The notes under the pieces were generated by a model, which did no database searches, was not told where the DNA came from, and worked only from the letters and a program-made list of their open reading frames with translations. 64,000 nucleotides of DNA from Balanoglossus misakiensis (Eukaryota > Animalia > Hemichordata): NCBI GenBank assembly GCA_040954595.2, contig CM082589.2, positions 1,466,009 through 1,530,008 on the forward strand, in the 5' to 3' direction. Below are positions 13,801-26,700 of this stretch, in pieces. Both the position numbers and the translations under genes were made by a program. The number at the start of each line of letters is the position of its first letter. Position 1 is the stretch's first letter.

Positions 13801-16800
13801 GTCACGACTAACATGTCTGTATCATTAGAATTCATCCTGACAGGTCTTCGAGACGATTGTTATTCTGTACCCCGTCTACGTTATGCAGATAAATTGCAAA
13901 AAGATTCATTAAGAATTGATTGTAATTCTGAAGAAGGGGTCACTTGATTGAAACAATATTTCGACAAGGTCATCAATACTTTCCTCTAAGCTCAAAAGCT
14001 GTGAATCTTACAGTAGAGGCAGGCAATATGACACAGTTTTAATAGAATGAAGTTTAGGATTCATTCTCCCATAGCTAATTTGATGGTTTCACGATCACAG
14101 CAAAATTCTCATACCAATACAGTATAAAACTTGTTTCATCTAATACAATTTTAGTATAACAAAGTGGCATATTAGGCATGAAAAATGTGCAGTTGTATTT
14201 AGTTATGAAGTAAGACAAACAAAATAATCTGGGGAAAATACAAAAATGTTGAAGATAAAAATATTGTGTCATAGTGGTCACATGTGTTGTGAGTTTGGCT
14301 CGTTTGGATTCTGAGAGACATTGGTTGAATGGATGGCTGAGTACAGGTGGGTTTTGAGAGTGTTGGATAATCCACAAGGGGATTGGTGATCCTAGAATAT
14401 ACTCAGTTGTTTAATTAGAGAAACAGAAATGGTAGCATCATTTATCAAATGTACAGAGTGTCTTACCATCTGGGTACATTTTCAATGGGATTGAGATTGG
14501 TCTGTAATCATTCTTGATTGCCATGTGGAGTGATTGCAAATGACAAATGTTCACAAGGAATTTTCGACAGATGGAGACAGAAATGAAAAACGAACCGTAG
14601 ACTTCAAAACGTTATGCTAACTAAATCAGTAAAAATCAGCTTTTGATGCGACAATATAGGCTTGTAATATAATTGTGTATCTTTTATTATATAAACTGTT
14701 TGAAACTTAAAACATGTTAAAATACTCCTTAACAATTACCTTTAATATTCTCATTAAAGGCAGAGAATTCAAAAGCCTATTTTATGACATAGTATGTTAG
14801 CCATTTTGAATTCTGACTATAATTTGATGGCTAGTCTATAGCAATTTCACGTACAATGAACAGGTTATATGAATAAAAATTTTAATATTTTCAAAAGTTG
14901 CCATAGGATACCCCTGTTAGCTGCACATTCATTTCTACAACCTTGAGTTATTGAGTAAAAACCATAAACAGAGAAATATATTGTTGTTTATATTTCTTTG
15001 ATTCATTTTATAATCAGGTCACTGTTTCCACTTCATTTGAGAAGAGATTTGGTTTTGAATTTATCAATGGTGTCCACGTGTTTCAGTATTTTGAGGGGCT
15101 GTGTACCAGCTGGATTCTTTTTGCTGACTCATTTCGGATGAAAAAAATCCTGTTTTAATAATCAATTTCATTGCCGTTGAAATGATCTCTGAAAACAAAC
15201 CGACTAGTGTAGAACTACGAGCGAACTTGACATGGATCGTTTTGAAGTAAAGAATAGGTTTGTGGTTAATGCGTAAAAATGAACTATAAAACACGTGCGG
15301 CATTGTGGATGTTGCCTAGATTGTACATGTAACTAGATCACAGGTATGACCCCCTCCAGATATAAAATAAAGTTAATTTTCTACTTAATCTGACAAGCCT
15401 TTTCTATATTTAGCATTCATCTCGCCTGATATAGACCGAGCAACCTAAATATAGCCCTTTCAAGAACTGTGCAAACATGGAAGCATGATTCTCTGATAAG
15501 GAGGGCAACCATTCATAGAAAAAATACACTACAGCTTATCAAGAGGTGCTTGGTTTGAACACCCCTGTATTGTCTCACTTTGGTTTAGTCCTACTGTTCT
15601 CTGTGCTGGATCGTTCTAAACAACGGAAACACGAGGTGGGATGGGTTTACTTGTTACACAGTTGTAGAGTAACACGACTGTTGAGAATTAATGTAGTGAT
15701 TAAATTCAAACAAATACTAATTTTCAACCAAATGATTTCATTGAAAATTAATTAATTTCTTTGAATAATGTAATTTTACATGGCCATAAAAATCTTCAAA
15801 GGGAGATTTGAGAGAAACTGCTTTTACAGTGATTTCACGCTAGTACTCTACCATACATTGCACTGTCAGTTTATGTGTGTCTCTGTTTTTATAGTAAAGC
15901 AGATATTAAAACAGCAAATTTCATGTACAAGAGCCAAAATTAATTTTTATGTAGTGGAAATTTAAAAAAAAGGCATGAAAAGTTATTTCTTTGAGGAGTT
16001 GCCATGGTTTTGCCTGTTAGAGATCGGTTTTATTCCCGACGTAGAGTTTGTCATCAAAAGTGTGTGGGTGGTTGTGTGAATTACAATGCCTCAAACTCAT
16101 GTCGTCACCATTTGTGGATTCGCTTGATAACGTCAGCAAAAACCATTTTCACAATCACCACATCAATAACAGTAAAGAAAAAAACACTTCATCATTTTCT
16201 CGTGTCCAATTTGTAGGACCTACGTAACTAGATCGGAAAAAACAACTAGAGTTTCAGAATTCTCAGAGTCTGTTAACAGATCGTGAAAAGCACGGAGAAA
16301 GAAATCCATCTGGAAAAGCAGACTTACCTTGTGTGTTTTCATCTTCCCATCCTTTGACATCTCTGGATATAAAGCGAATATGAAAGATAAAATATAGGAG
16401 ATGACATATAGTGAAAGCATTGTCGAAGAAATGAATGAATGAATGAATGATTGTAGGTATGAATGAATGAATGTGCAGGTTTGTTTGGCAGTAACGGTAC
16501 ATGGCAAGTAAAACATACCAACCGATAATCTGGACTATACCATTGTCAAAATAGGGGGAATAGCTTGCAGTAATGTCATCAGCCCCTCCAGTGTTTCATC
16601 ACCAAAATTCAAGTAGTCTTTCGTTTGTTTTTGTTTTTTCCCGAAACGTAACATTATTAATGTACTATGTTGATAAATGATTCTGAAGGAACATTGAAAT
16701 CACTGGACTGAGAATGAAATTTTGACATCATGATAGTGTGTAATTTAGATAAGATAATTTTAATTCTGTTACTTCGATAAACTTTAACACCATCAATCAA

Positions 16801-17173
16801 AATTTTGATATTTATCTATTGCCAGTTTGATCTCCAGCAAGATTTGATGAAATACCTGTCATTGCATGTCATAGAATTTAAGTCCAATTTATGAAATTTC
16901 CTCATCTTTACCAGATGGTCTCTTCCCTTTTGAAAATATTCAGAAATTAGACCAGAATATTGGATTATTAACCCTTTTCAGACTATCATGTTTCTGTCAA
17001 TAAATAGAACAAAATGTGTGACAACATGTGAACTCAAAGACTCGTTACCCAATTCAAAGCCGAGTTTCTTTAAAGTTCAACGTTTGCCCTAGTTTTCAAG
17101 TTGAAAAATTATCATTATGAGATAAAACCTGCCAAAGTTGAACATTGGAATCTGTCAAATAAACGTGAACTTA

Positions 17174-17183
17174 CCAAATATGG
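17174..17183. promoter_or_regulatory. CArG box (SRF site) CCAAATATGG
   Basis: Perfect CC(A/T)6GG match upstream (minus-strand sense) of mir-1. A single 10-mer could be chance. Confidence 0.35.
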
Positions 17184-19785
17184 AAGTAGAGTTTAGTCTG
17201 CAGAACACTGCCACCCAAAGATGCAATACCAAAATCTCCACTACTATCACACCAACTGTAAGCATTCACATCCTGCAATTTATATAAAAATATTGTTTTG
17301 TTTACAAGTCAGGCTGTATAGCGATACATTATTGACTATTTCAGGATGTTTTGGGAGAAACTGGAGGGAAAAGTGGTTTCCACGTAGCCGCAACTATTAT
17401 TTGAATTTATTGATTCTCTGCGCCATTCTTACCGAGGCGTCGCTTCCTATTTCCATTAATGATTTCCTATTACCCGCCACTTCAAAACTATTTATAGATA
17501 TTCCTTCTATTAAAAGGACACCAGCAGTAACTTTTGATATTTTTTGCAGTATTTTTGGCCACAGTATCACACAAACTTTCCTTCTGCTTCCTGTATTATG
17601 TTGTAAGCCTCGTATTTGTGTGTACCCCTCAGGCAAGTGCCCAATATTAGTAACATCAGTGGAATACAGTTTTAGTATTAAGTATACTCTACGTATTATA
17701 CAGAAAGTATACTCTATGTATGTGTATATATGCATTATACATAAATAATATTCTATAAATGTATATAAAGTACTGTTCATGTATACTCGATGTACAGCAG
17801 CAAGAAAAAATTATCAAAACCAAAATCCATGGACTCAGACAATCTCGGAACATCCTCAGTGGAGTTAAGAGACCATATCAAGCAAACATGAAGGATTCTG
17901 GTTACTTTTAGTCGCAAATACCATGTCATCCGAAACTCAATTTTATAAGTGGCGAGCAGGATGTTTTTTAAAACAAATTGAAAGATGTCAAACAAATAAT
18001 TATTAGAATGGCCAACAAAGAAATGAAACATTATTTTCTCTGTTGCATTAGAAATGATATAGAGAATAAAATTAAGCAAATGCAATTGCTCTGAATTCAA
18101 GTGATGATTAGTAACCAAGAGATTATTCATGTCAATCTTCAGAAGTGACTTTTCAAATAATTAAAGTTTCAATTTCATAGGATTTGAAGTTATTTTCTGA
18201 AATGACACCATGTAATGCAGGAAAGTGCAAGTAAAACAAGACTACCTCATTACTTTATAATCCAACGAGAAATGTAAGCCACGGTGAAATTGCTGTTCAT
18301 TTTCAGAGAATGGACTCATTCAGTATGTTCATCGAGTTACAGAAAAAATGGCTGATGATCCAGTTGTGTCTTTTTAAGTGTCTTTAGTTCTTGTAAGTGA
18401 AGACATTAAAGGTCTTTGAGTTGATCTTCTTCATAATGTAGTAGATTCTCTCGTGTGAAATAAAAGTCTATAAATAGAATGAGAGAGTCACGGTTCTGGT
18501 CTACCCCCGTGAATAATAAAATTTGATCTTGATTATATTCGCAATAATCTCTTGGAAGGGCCATTTATTTTCTTCAAGGTATGATTATGATAAAGACACA
18601 CAGTATCTGTTTTTACAAGAATTTTGAGCCCTAGGAGATTTGATGCTATGGGTTGTGGTTTCAAGTCCCACAAGAAACTCATATATCACTTATATTTTGT
18701 AGCACATATTGTACCACTTTTTCAAGGATTTTATGGTTTAGATATAATCAATAAGAACAAGGGTAAACCAAAATAGGTAGTCAAATTCAACTGGTTGGTC
18801 GTTTTTAATTTGATTGGTGCTCATGTAAGGCTGTGTAAAAGTCACTAGGGCAAAGGGCATAGGTCGTGACATGATGGATGTGATGCTAATATGATATTTA
18901 GAGTGATTTCAAAATGTAGTGTTTCAGAGATTTATTTTAAGTGACCAGAGGTACATGATGTGAGAAAAGAAAATTTAAAATGTCATGATCAGGAGTAAAG
19001 TGAGATTTTTTATCGTTTTTGAAGAACATTTAATCTCGGCCAATACCTCCCTTCTCGTAACTCCGACAATCCATATCAATTTTAAACCAATTCTTTCTCA
19101 TCATGTTCCCAATCCAGCCGTACACGTATATGAACCCATACCTCCTGCAGCAGTTTTGTAACCATGACAACAGGATTGTATCCTCAAGTAGGGTTTTGAA
19201 ATCCAGAGAAAAAAAGATGACTTGGTTTGTTAATCAGTGGTGAATTAGACACGGCCCAGCTGTATTACAGGACAATTAATTCCATTTCAATGTAACTCAC
19301 ATCTCGTTGTAGATGAACGAGTATCATTAGGGGTCCAATACACAGTTTTCACATTTAGGGGTCCCTTTATCAAACCTTTTTTTGTTTCTTTACTTTTGAT
19401 AATATCATGTTACTTTGCAATCCAGTACACAGCCAGTCACAGTCAAATAAACTCTTGTGTTTTTGTGATTCTAATGAAAAGATTCTCAGAAAAAAATATG
19501 GTTCCTGGTGTTACCATGGTGACAATGAAGTTTATAGCATTTTACACAATATGGCTGACTGCAGTATTTGTGCAGGCAGGTTTTTTTTGAACATTTTTGA
19601 TCCAATATGGCGGCCTAACAAGAATCCAGACCATGTCAGCATTCCACACTGCGTTTAAAAGTGTGGTTTGGATTACTGTGGCCTGGTATTTGATCTTCAC
19701 ATATATTCTCAACTTCTGGTTTGATTTCCTGTGCTGTTGTTTCAAAAATCCTCTCCTGAAAATCCTCCAAGTTGATGTAACTGGT

Positions 19786-19878
19786 TTTACCCTTCCACCC
19801 CCAGTTCCCTCTTTAATGGTCCAACCGTACCAAAGAAAACAGTAGGTTTGGACTGAACCATTGTGGTGAAAGGGTTAA
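19786..19878. mobile_element. ~90-bp MITE, piggyBac-like TTAA/CCC termini (copy 1)
   Basis: Ends ttacccttccacc ... ggtgaaagggttaa are imperfect inverted repeats; aligns along its length with the reverse complement of 54353-54443. Confidence 0.65.
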
Positions 19879-22800
19879 ATTTGGCACATTTTGATGGCCT
19901 GAGTCAGTCATCTGCTGTGGTTGGAACTCTGACCTGACAAGTATTCAGCCATATTTCTTTTCAAGATGGCTTCTACAGAGAACTGCCACATCATGTCTAC
20001 AGAATTCAAAATTTCCCAAATGAGCCACTTTTTCGTGCAACCGACATTTCAATCATTTCATCGAACAGACGACACAGACAAACCACCACAAAATCATCTT
20101 GATATTCATAGAAATTTCAAAAAGAGACCCAGTCATCACAGCCCATCAAATCTCACACTTTTTGTCACCTCGCTGCCTGTTCCCAGGTTTTGACTTTGAT
20201 AAATTGTCCGTACATGTAAGCAGAAGGTACATAAAAACTTATCAGGATCCATCTTTCCATTCAACGATGACTTCATGAAACACCGATACCATATCAATCT
20301 CAAAACTGACAGAGTAACACCGTTTTCTCATTCTTTCCTGTAAAGGGAATCATAAATTTGTTCAATCATGTACTCCCTCCAGTGTTCACACAGACATATC
20401 ACCAGCGTGCTGTACTTGTATGCCGACTGACAGGGGATACATAATTTCCGACAGATTCCTGCTTTTTTTCCATGGGAATTTTTGTCAGAATCCAATAGTC
20501 TTCATCAGAACAATGACATATTCACATGCTGTAATCACCAGACTTGTTAAAACACGGCATATTAATTTTTTTTTCAATTAATTGCATTTCTCAAAGTTCC
20601 CTTTGAAAAGAAACAATGTAGCTCTTTGTGGTTTTTCCATTGAAAGAATCTGGCTGAGTTGACTGCAATAGTTGAGGTCTCTACCAAAGCTTAAATTCCT
20701 TTCAGAAAATCTGTAATCCGTAAAACCTAATAACAGTGGTTAGAAAACCTCTTTTGTACTTACTGTGTCATTACAAACCACGTTGTAAGAAAAGAACCCT
20801 TTTTTTTCTTGCGGTTAAAACGAGGATAGCTGTCCTGGGATCGGGTTGTCTTGTAGCTAAATGTAAGATGGCCTAAGCAGCTGGAGTGACATATTTCAAA
20901 TACCAATCTTGAGCTTATGTGATGCACTACTCTATGTATGGGCAAAATGAACCGATAAGATATGCCGGTCTTTTCCCACAGACCAATGGACTCCCAGCCA
21001 AAATCCTTGACTCGAGAGGTTGGGAAAAATAGGGAAAAATTCTGATATTTCCCAGTGTTTCTGAAAAAGGGATTGTCTTAATTGGTTGAGTTTCAAACTC
21101 GGATGAGAAATTTTCTGACTACCAGTAGCTTTTAGCAGGAATTCGAGGTTGAATGGTAATTTCATTCCGTGTTAAAAAATCATAACCGATGGAATTGATA
21201 TTCATATGAATTTAAAAAAAATAGTTGATGAAAACTAGTTTTTAAGTCTTTTTGTGTGTGAGTGTATCAGACCCTAAACCGCAGATGTGAGATAATGTTA
21301 GTTCACCGACACCCCTGATAAAAAAGTGACTTTATCAGAGATCATTCCATGAACCAAAAAAATTGACAGTAGTGAAGAATTCCAGTTAATCCTGGCAAAT
21401 CTGTACTGGGCACCCGAGTCTAGTCCCAGTGACCCATTTTTTTCCAGAAATGTTCCAAGTCTTATTGACTCAAGGCTACTGCTTTCAGTTGTGAGAAAAT
21501 AGCAGTGGGGGTACAAGGATCCATTTTCTCTCTCAACAAAACCACCCTGTGTTACTTGTGAAGAGTTTATATTCTAAAACTCTGTCGCTGAAAGGTTTAA
21601 ACACACTTACGATTTATATGTCCCGTCCACATCCTCTGCCTGACATGTTGGGGAAACGCATTCATACAAAGCTCTCTCACATTCCGAGAGAGTGCTGGGT
21701 CTTATAGACCAGCTTACATAACACTTTTTATTGACAGTGAAGTGGGACGTGTAGACAGTATATATATGCACAAACCATTCAGGATTGGCTTTGTCTGTCT
21801 GTGACTCTCCAAGAACAGATCAAACTCATGAACACTGTGGACTACCCCATGCTTAGTAGCAAACAGAAATTATCTCTGGGTTCATTGCTAATTTCTGTCA
21901 GCTTACACCCAAATCAAACAAGTCAACAATTTTCAAATATTTGTTCTCATAAAAGGCTATTCACACAAATACCAAGGCCTGATAAAATATGACTCAGAAT
22001 TCAGAGTTGACATTGACAGCAGAAGTCTTTTTTCCATGGCAGAACACTTCATCATCTTAAAACCAATCCTTAATTGAAAATGAGTCTGGATATAATTTTG
22101 AATAATTCATTTAGCCTACTCAGTTTGACTGTCAATGATTCAGCAACACGGACTAAATGCGTTTGAGTGATTGAGCGATTCATTCTACTCGATACATGGC
22201 AGTGCAGATACAAAACAGCTGATGTGTTGTCACAGAGGACAACTTGTATGCAAAATACCCGGACAAAAAACCCGGCAGAATGAATGGAAAATTCAACTCA
22301 CCCATAAACTGGAGTCAGGCGCTAGGCTGGTGTGCGGTCGGTGGTCTGTCTTGGAAGGCGTGGAAAAGAGAGGGGGAAAAAGAAACCAGAAAATGACTTG
22401 ATTGTAGAGGCAGAGATTAGTTGGGTGAAACAACTTTAAGAACTTTGCACACACTGGAAGAAAGTTGCACGTGTTTGATGGGAGAGGTAGGAAGGATTGT
22501 ACCTGTGTTAGATGTCCCAAGCACTGTGATAAATGAACGTAAGGGTGTTCGCAAAGTGACAGAAATAGAGAATTAGAAGTATGTTGAATGTACGTTGCAT
22601 GCCAACAGCTTGTCTCCACCAGCTGATCATCCCCAAAAAGGAGAGAACGCCAGTCGGTTAAAATTCCTTGCATTCTTGGTCTTCGGAGGATGCACGTCAC
22701 AAACACTCTGACACCACTCAGGTTGCAGCGAGACCGACAGACACACAGAGAGACATTGACACCACGGGATGGGGGATTACAGATGGATTTTACTGTTTAA

Positions 22801-23695
22801 AAATATGTCAACCATGCCACAGATCTGGAAACCCCGTTGTTGTCAAATTCGTTACGAAAATATAAGTTTTTGAATTAACTCTGAAATTTGTAATAGATAT
22901 CGCGGTCCTGGATGATAGTATAAACATGGTCCAAATGTGGAAAGGAAAAAAAAAGAAAATTAAATTGTACACATTCAAGATAATTGACTACACCCGTATT
23001 CATGCAACGTGGTTTCACCCTATTGTGCGTAGACTGCTGGGTGATTCCATATCTGGAGAAACGGGTAGGGCAACAAACACTTTCAGCAAGCTGTGCACAC
23101 AAGACCATTCCAATAACAGAAGTGGGTGATTTATGTGCAAGGCAATAAAATAAGCAAAACGGAAACAACTTCGGATGTTACAAAAGGAGGTATGAAAGAC
23201 TGAAACATGACATGATGATTGTTAGTAAACATCCTGGCTTGAATAACAATGCAGAATATGCTGAGATAAATTCCTACGAACCCTTTCGGTCGACACTCAA
23301 GTCACAGGATCTTGACGTGAAAGATATACAAACCTAGTGTGTTGAAACCATTGGCATTTACATGATCTTGGCCACAATGGCTGCAAGGAGAGCACATGGT
23401 CTTGCTTGCTCTCTCGATGACGCTTTCCCATCTCAGCATTTAAGCAGACCAGGATGGAAATGCCGGCTGAATTTGACCTTCTTCATTAGACATTATGTGA
23501 TTTTCACTTACATGTTTTAGAGCTGCTACAGGCATTTCAACTATGTAAGGAGTCCCATCTTTCCACACTCTACACCTTGTGTGCCTATTTTTTCACCATA
23601 TTTAGCCAAGACATCGTATATATAGAAATGCTGTATGTTTGCCAATGGCAGGCTGGGTTCCATTGATTAGACACAAAAATAGCACCTAATATGCG

Positions 23696-23778
23696 CTATA
23701 AATAGATCTATCCATAGAGGGAATCTGCCAACCCATGACTAATGAGCTGACATTTGTATGATTGGATGCTATTTATAG
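23696..23778. promoter_or_regulatory. Paired MEF2 sites (candidate muscle enhancer of mir-1)
   Basis: CTATAAATAG at 23696-23705 and its reverse complement CTATTTATAG at 23769-23778, both fitting YTA(A/T)4TAR; a third CTATAAATAG lies at 18468-18477. Confidence 0.5.
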
Positions 23779-26700
23779 CACTCCGTTCTGATTGTACAAT
23801 GTTCTTTCACATAAGAAATGAGTCCTCGTTTTGCATAAACATTTCGGAAGAAACCATTGTGAGGCTGTGGCGCGAGTTATTCGTCACAGGATGTGCGCTC
23901 TTATATTTAATTGGAGAGTGGACTGTTCAGATGGAAATCGGATACAACACCGATCACCAGGTCAGATTGTGAGTTTAAAACCCCCCTTTCAATGTGGTGG
24001 TACAATCAAGCGTCCAAGTGAATGGAAATTCAGCAATTGAGTCTTTCTGATGAATGAGTGTTTGTAGCTCCTGCTGAATAAAAACGCAAAAAAAACCCTG
24101 ACAGATAAAAGTTGATTTTATGATACTGTCGGTTAAAGCCATCCTTGAAATTTTCCATTTTTTCCAGTGTCTGTGTTAGCCGGAATCACAGATCCATGTT
24201 GTATACACAGTTGCCCTTCTTCAGTATAGTGCACATGGCAATGTCATTCAGGTTATCCACCAGGGTTTGACCCCAGGCAAGTCACGACCTATTGAGACAT
24301 ATTGACAGCGCCTCCAAGTGGCCAGACAATGACAGGCATATAAGATTTCAGGATACGTGTGTGGGAACAAAATCATGAATGAACTACATTAAATGGATCA
24401 TCTAGAAATCCCACATATTCCCAGAAACATTGATTAAGATATTTTTAACCTAATCATTGACATAAAAACTGGTTACATTAGACTTCGGTAAATCTGTTGT
24501 ATTAATTACATTTATAGCGAAATTACTCAGACATGTATATTTTGAATGTCTTAAATTGCACGCTGAATTTTTTTAATCAAACATTTGAGGAGGAGGGTTG
24601 TTTAACGGGATTGTGGGGGAGTTGTATGGGGGTGTAGATAATATTACGGACGTGGAATGTGTGGGTTTTTCACCATGAAGCAGATTTGTGAGGCTAAAGC
24701 TTCACCACCAGCTGGTTAAATTGAAAGCATGCCTTCAGTAGTAGAACTCGCCATTCCTGATGACATGATTGTGAAATTCCGCATAAGGGTCGGAGAAAAT
24801 TAGAAAATCCTGGATTCTTGTGGCCTATTGTCTGTGTTGATGAATGTACAGGGCGTATCAGATTACCCGTAGATTGCCATGGAATTGTCAATGGCATGTA
24901 GATTTTTAATCATCCTGTCATTCCATAAATACTAGCAGTGAACTTTGACCTCTGTGATTGATCTATGACCTCAAATTGAGACTCGTTCAAACTTATCCGG
25001 CAAGAATAGCATTGTTAGCGACAGAAATACAACCATTTAGCTTCTGTGGGAAAGTTGAGATACTTCTTCAAACACCTGCATGTCTGTTTGTAGTCAACCA
25101 ACCTGGTGCAGTTATTCTCGCTTAGTTCATACATTTTAATAGGCCTGCTCTGGAAAAAAAATAACTGCTTCAGAAAAACCAATCCATTTTTATATCCTAA
25201 CTGTGAATAGAACACAATGTGTGCTGAGCTGAAGAATGCATAAAAGTTTGTAATGTGTTTTCTGTGACATGTAACTGAGGTGGTTTCATTGTACACATCA
25301 TTCCAATTCCACGTTTAATCCTATAAAACCTGGAGCATATTTGCTCATTCAAGGAGGATTCAGATCACTCTTTATGAATGCGATGTCGAGTAGGACTTGA
25401 ACTGAATGGCAAACCATATGGGATGTGAGCCATAAGGTTTTTATGTGCATTCCTGGGTTGGGTAGAAATTGCTACGAAGTTGAGCCACAAAATATACGTT
25501 TGTGTGAATTCTCTTGTTCTATCCAGTACACTGCAACAAGGCATTCATTGTACCCCATTAATTGCCATAACTTTAAGAGGGGATTCAGACTTCTTAGCTT
25601 TGGGTGTGGAGAGGTTAATTGATTTTACACACGCAAGAATATTATGATATTGCACCCCAGATATTTCTTGAATATTCAACAAATTGTACAAAATCCCACG
25701 ACTTATAGATGAAATAATCCCTGAAACCAATCAATGTGAAAGATAAGTTTCTGTGAAATCCAAAGTGAGAATTACAATAATCTCATCTGTCCAGGGCTGA
25801 GTGAGGCTACTTTGCTTACTCCCATTTTAATATTAGGAAACAATACAGTCATTAATGTATTGAGGACTTATGTTATCATGCAAATGATTCAGGAATCCCG
25901 TAACACAATGCTGATTCTGATATAGGTTCATCAAAGCTGTGATAACTTCATTTGTGAATCATTGATTCATAAAAATGAAGAAAAATGAAATAGGTATTTG
26001 AACAAACAGAACTGTATTGGATGTACTTTTATTGGTTTGACCTTGTCTTCATGTACTTCGTATGCTTGTGATAATTTCACTCTCCTGGCCATATACTAAA
26101 ATGACGATTTATGGGCAGCCTAACCACAGGTCAAAGGTCAATCCAGGGCTGCAGCGTACATGTAGCTTACCAGCTAACCGCACCACACACTCAACAGCTC
26201 ATAAACCGTTTCCAGGCTTGAGACATTCCGTAGTCTTGGATGTAGGGAACAGACGCTGGAATGTGGGGGAATGCACACCGGAATGTACTCAGGAAACGCA
26301 CACACTAGAGACACGGATGAGATCCGGATTATTTATGCCTGTTGGTTAAACAGGGATAAGTGTTGCATCCAGGAGCTATATGTGTACATGTCTACTGTAT
26401 TCATGATACTAGTAGTTTACCTACATGTATAATCAACACAATAGCACCAATAACATAACTTTTCCAGTCAATCAATCATAAATACATACAAATACATGAC
26501 ATGAGAATTCGACAGACATATTTCATTGGGATCACCGAATGCAAGATGTTGTTTTATGCTGACAATCCTTTTTTATATTTCTGAGAAAAACCGGCGAAAT
26601 GTCATAGTTCATTCATAAGATACCTTTGAACGGATGCAAGAATGAATATAACGATGTAATTGAGCCTGAAAAGGCAGTCTCTGAGAATCTCGGCCCCATT

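Noticed and set aside
17221-17780. Overlapping 175-aa and 127-aa ORFs
   Set aside because: No recognisable domain; composition typical of translated AT-rich intron.
24705-24745. CAGCTGGTTAAATTGAA resembling a mir-133 arm
   Set aside because: No complementary TTGGTCCCCTTCAACCAGCTG arm nearby; the similar string near 3685 also fails. mir-133 was not found in the window.
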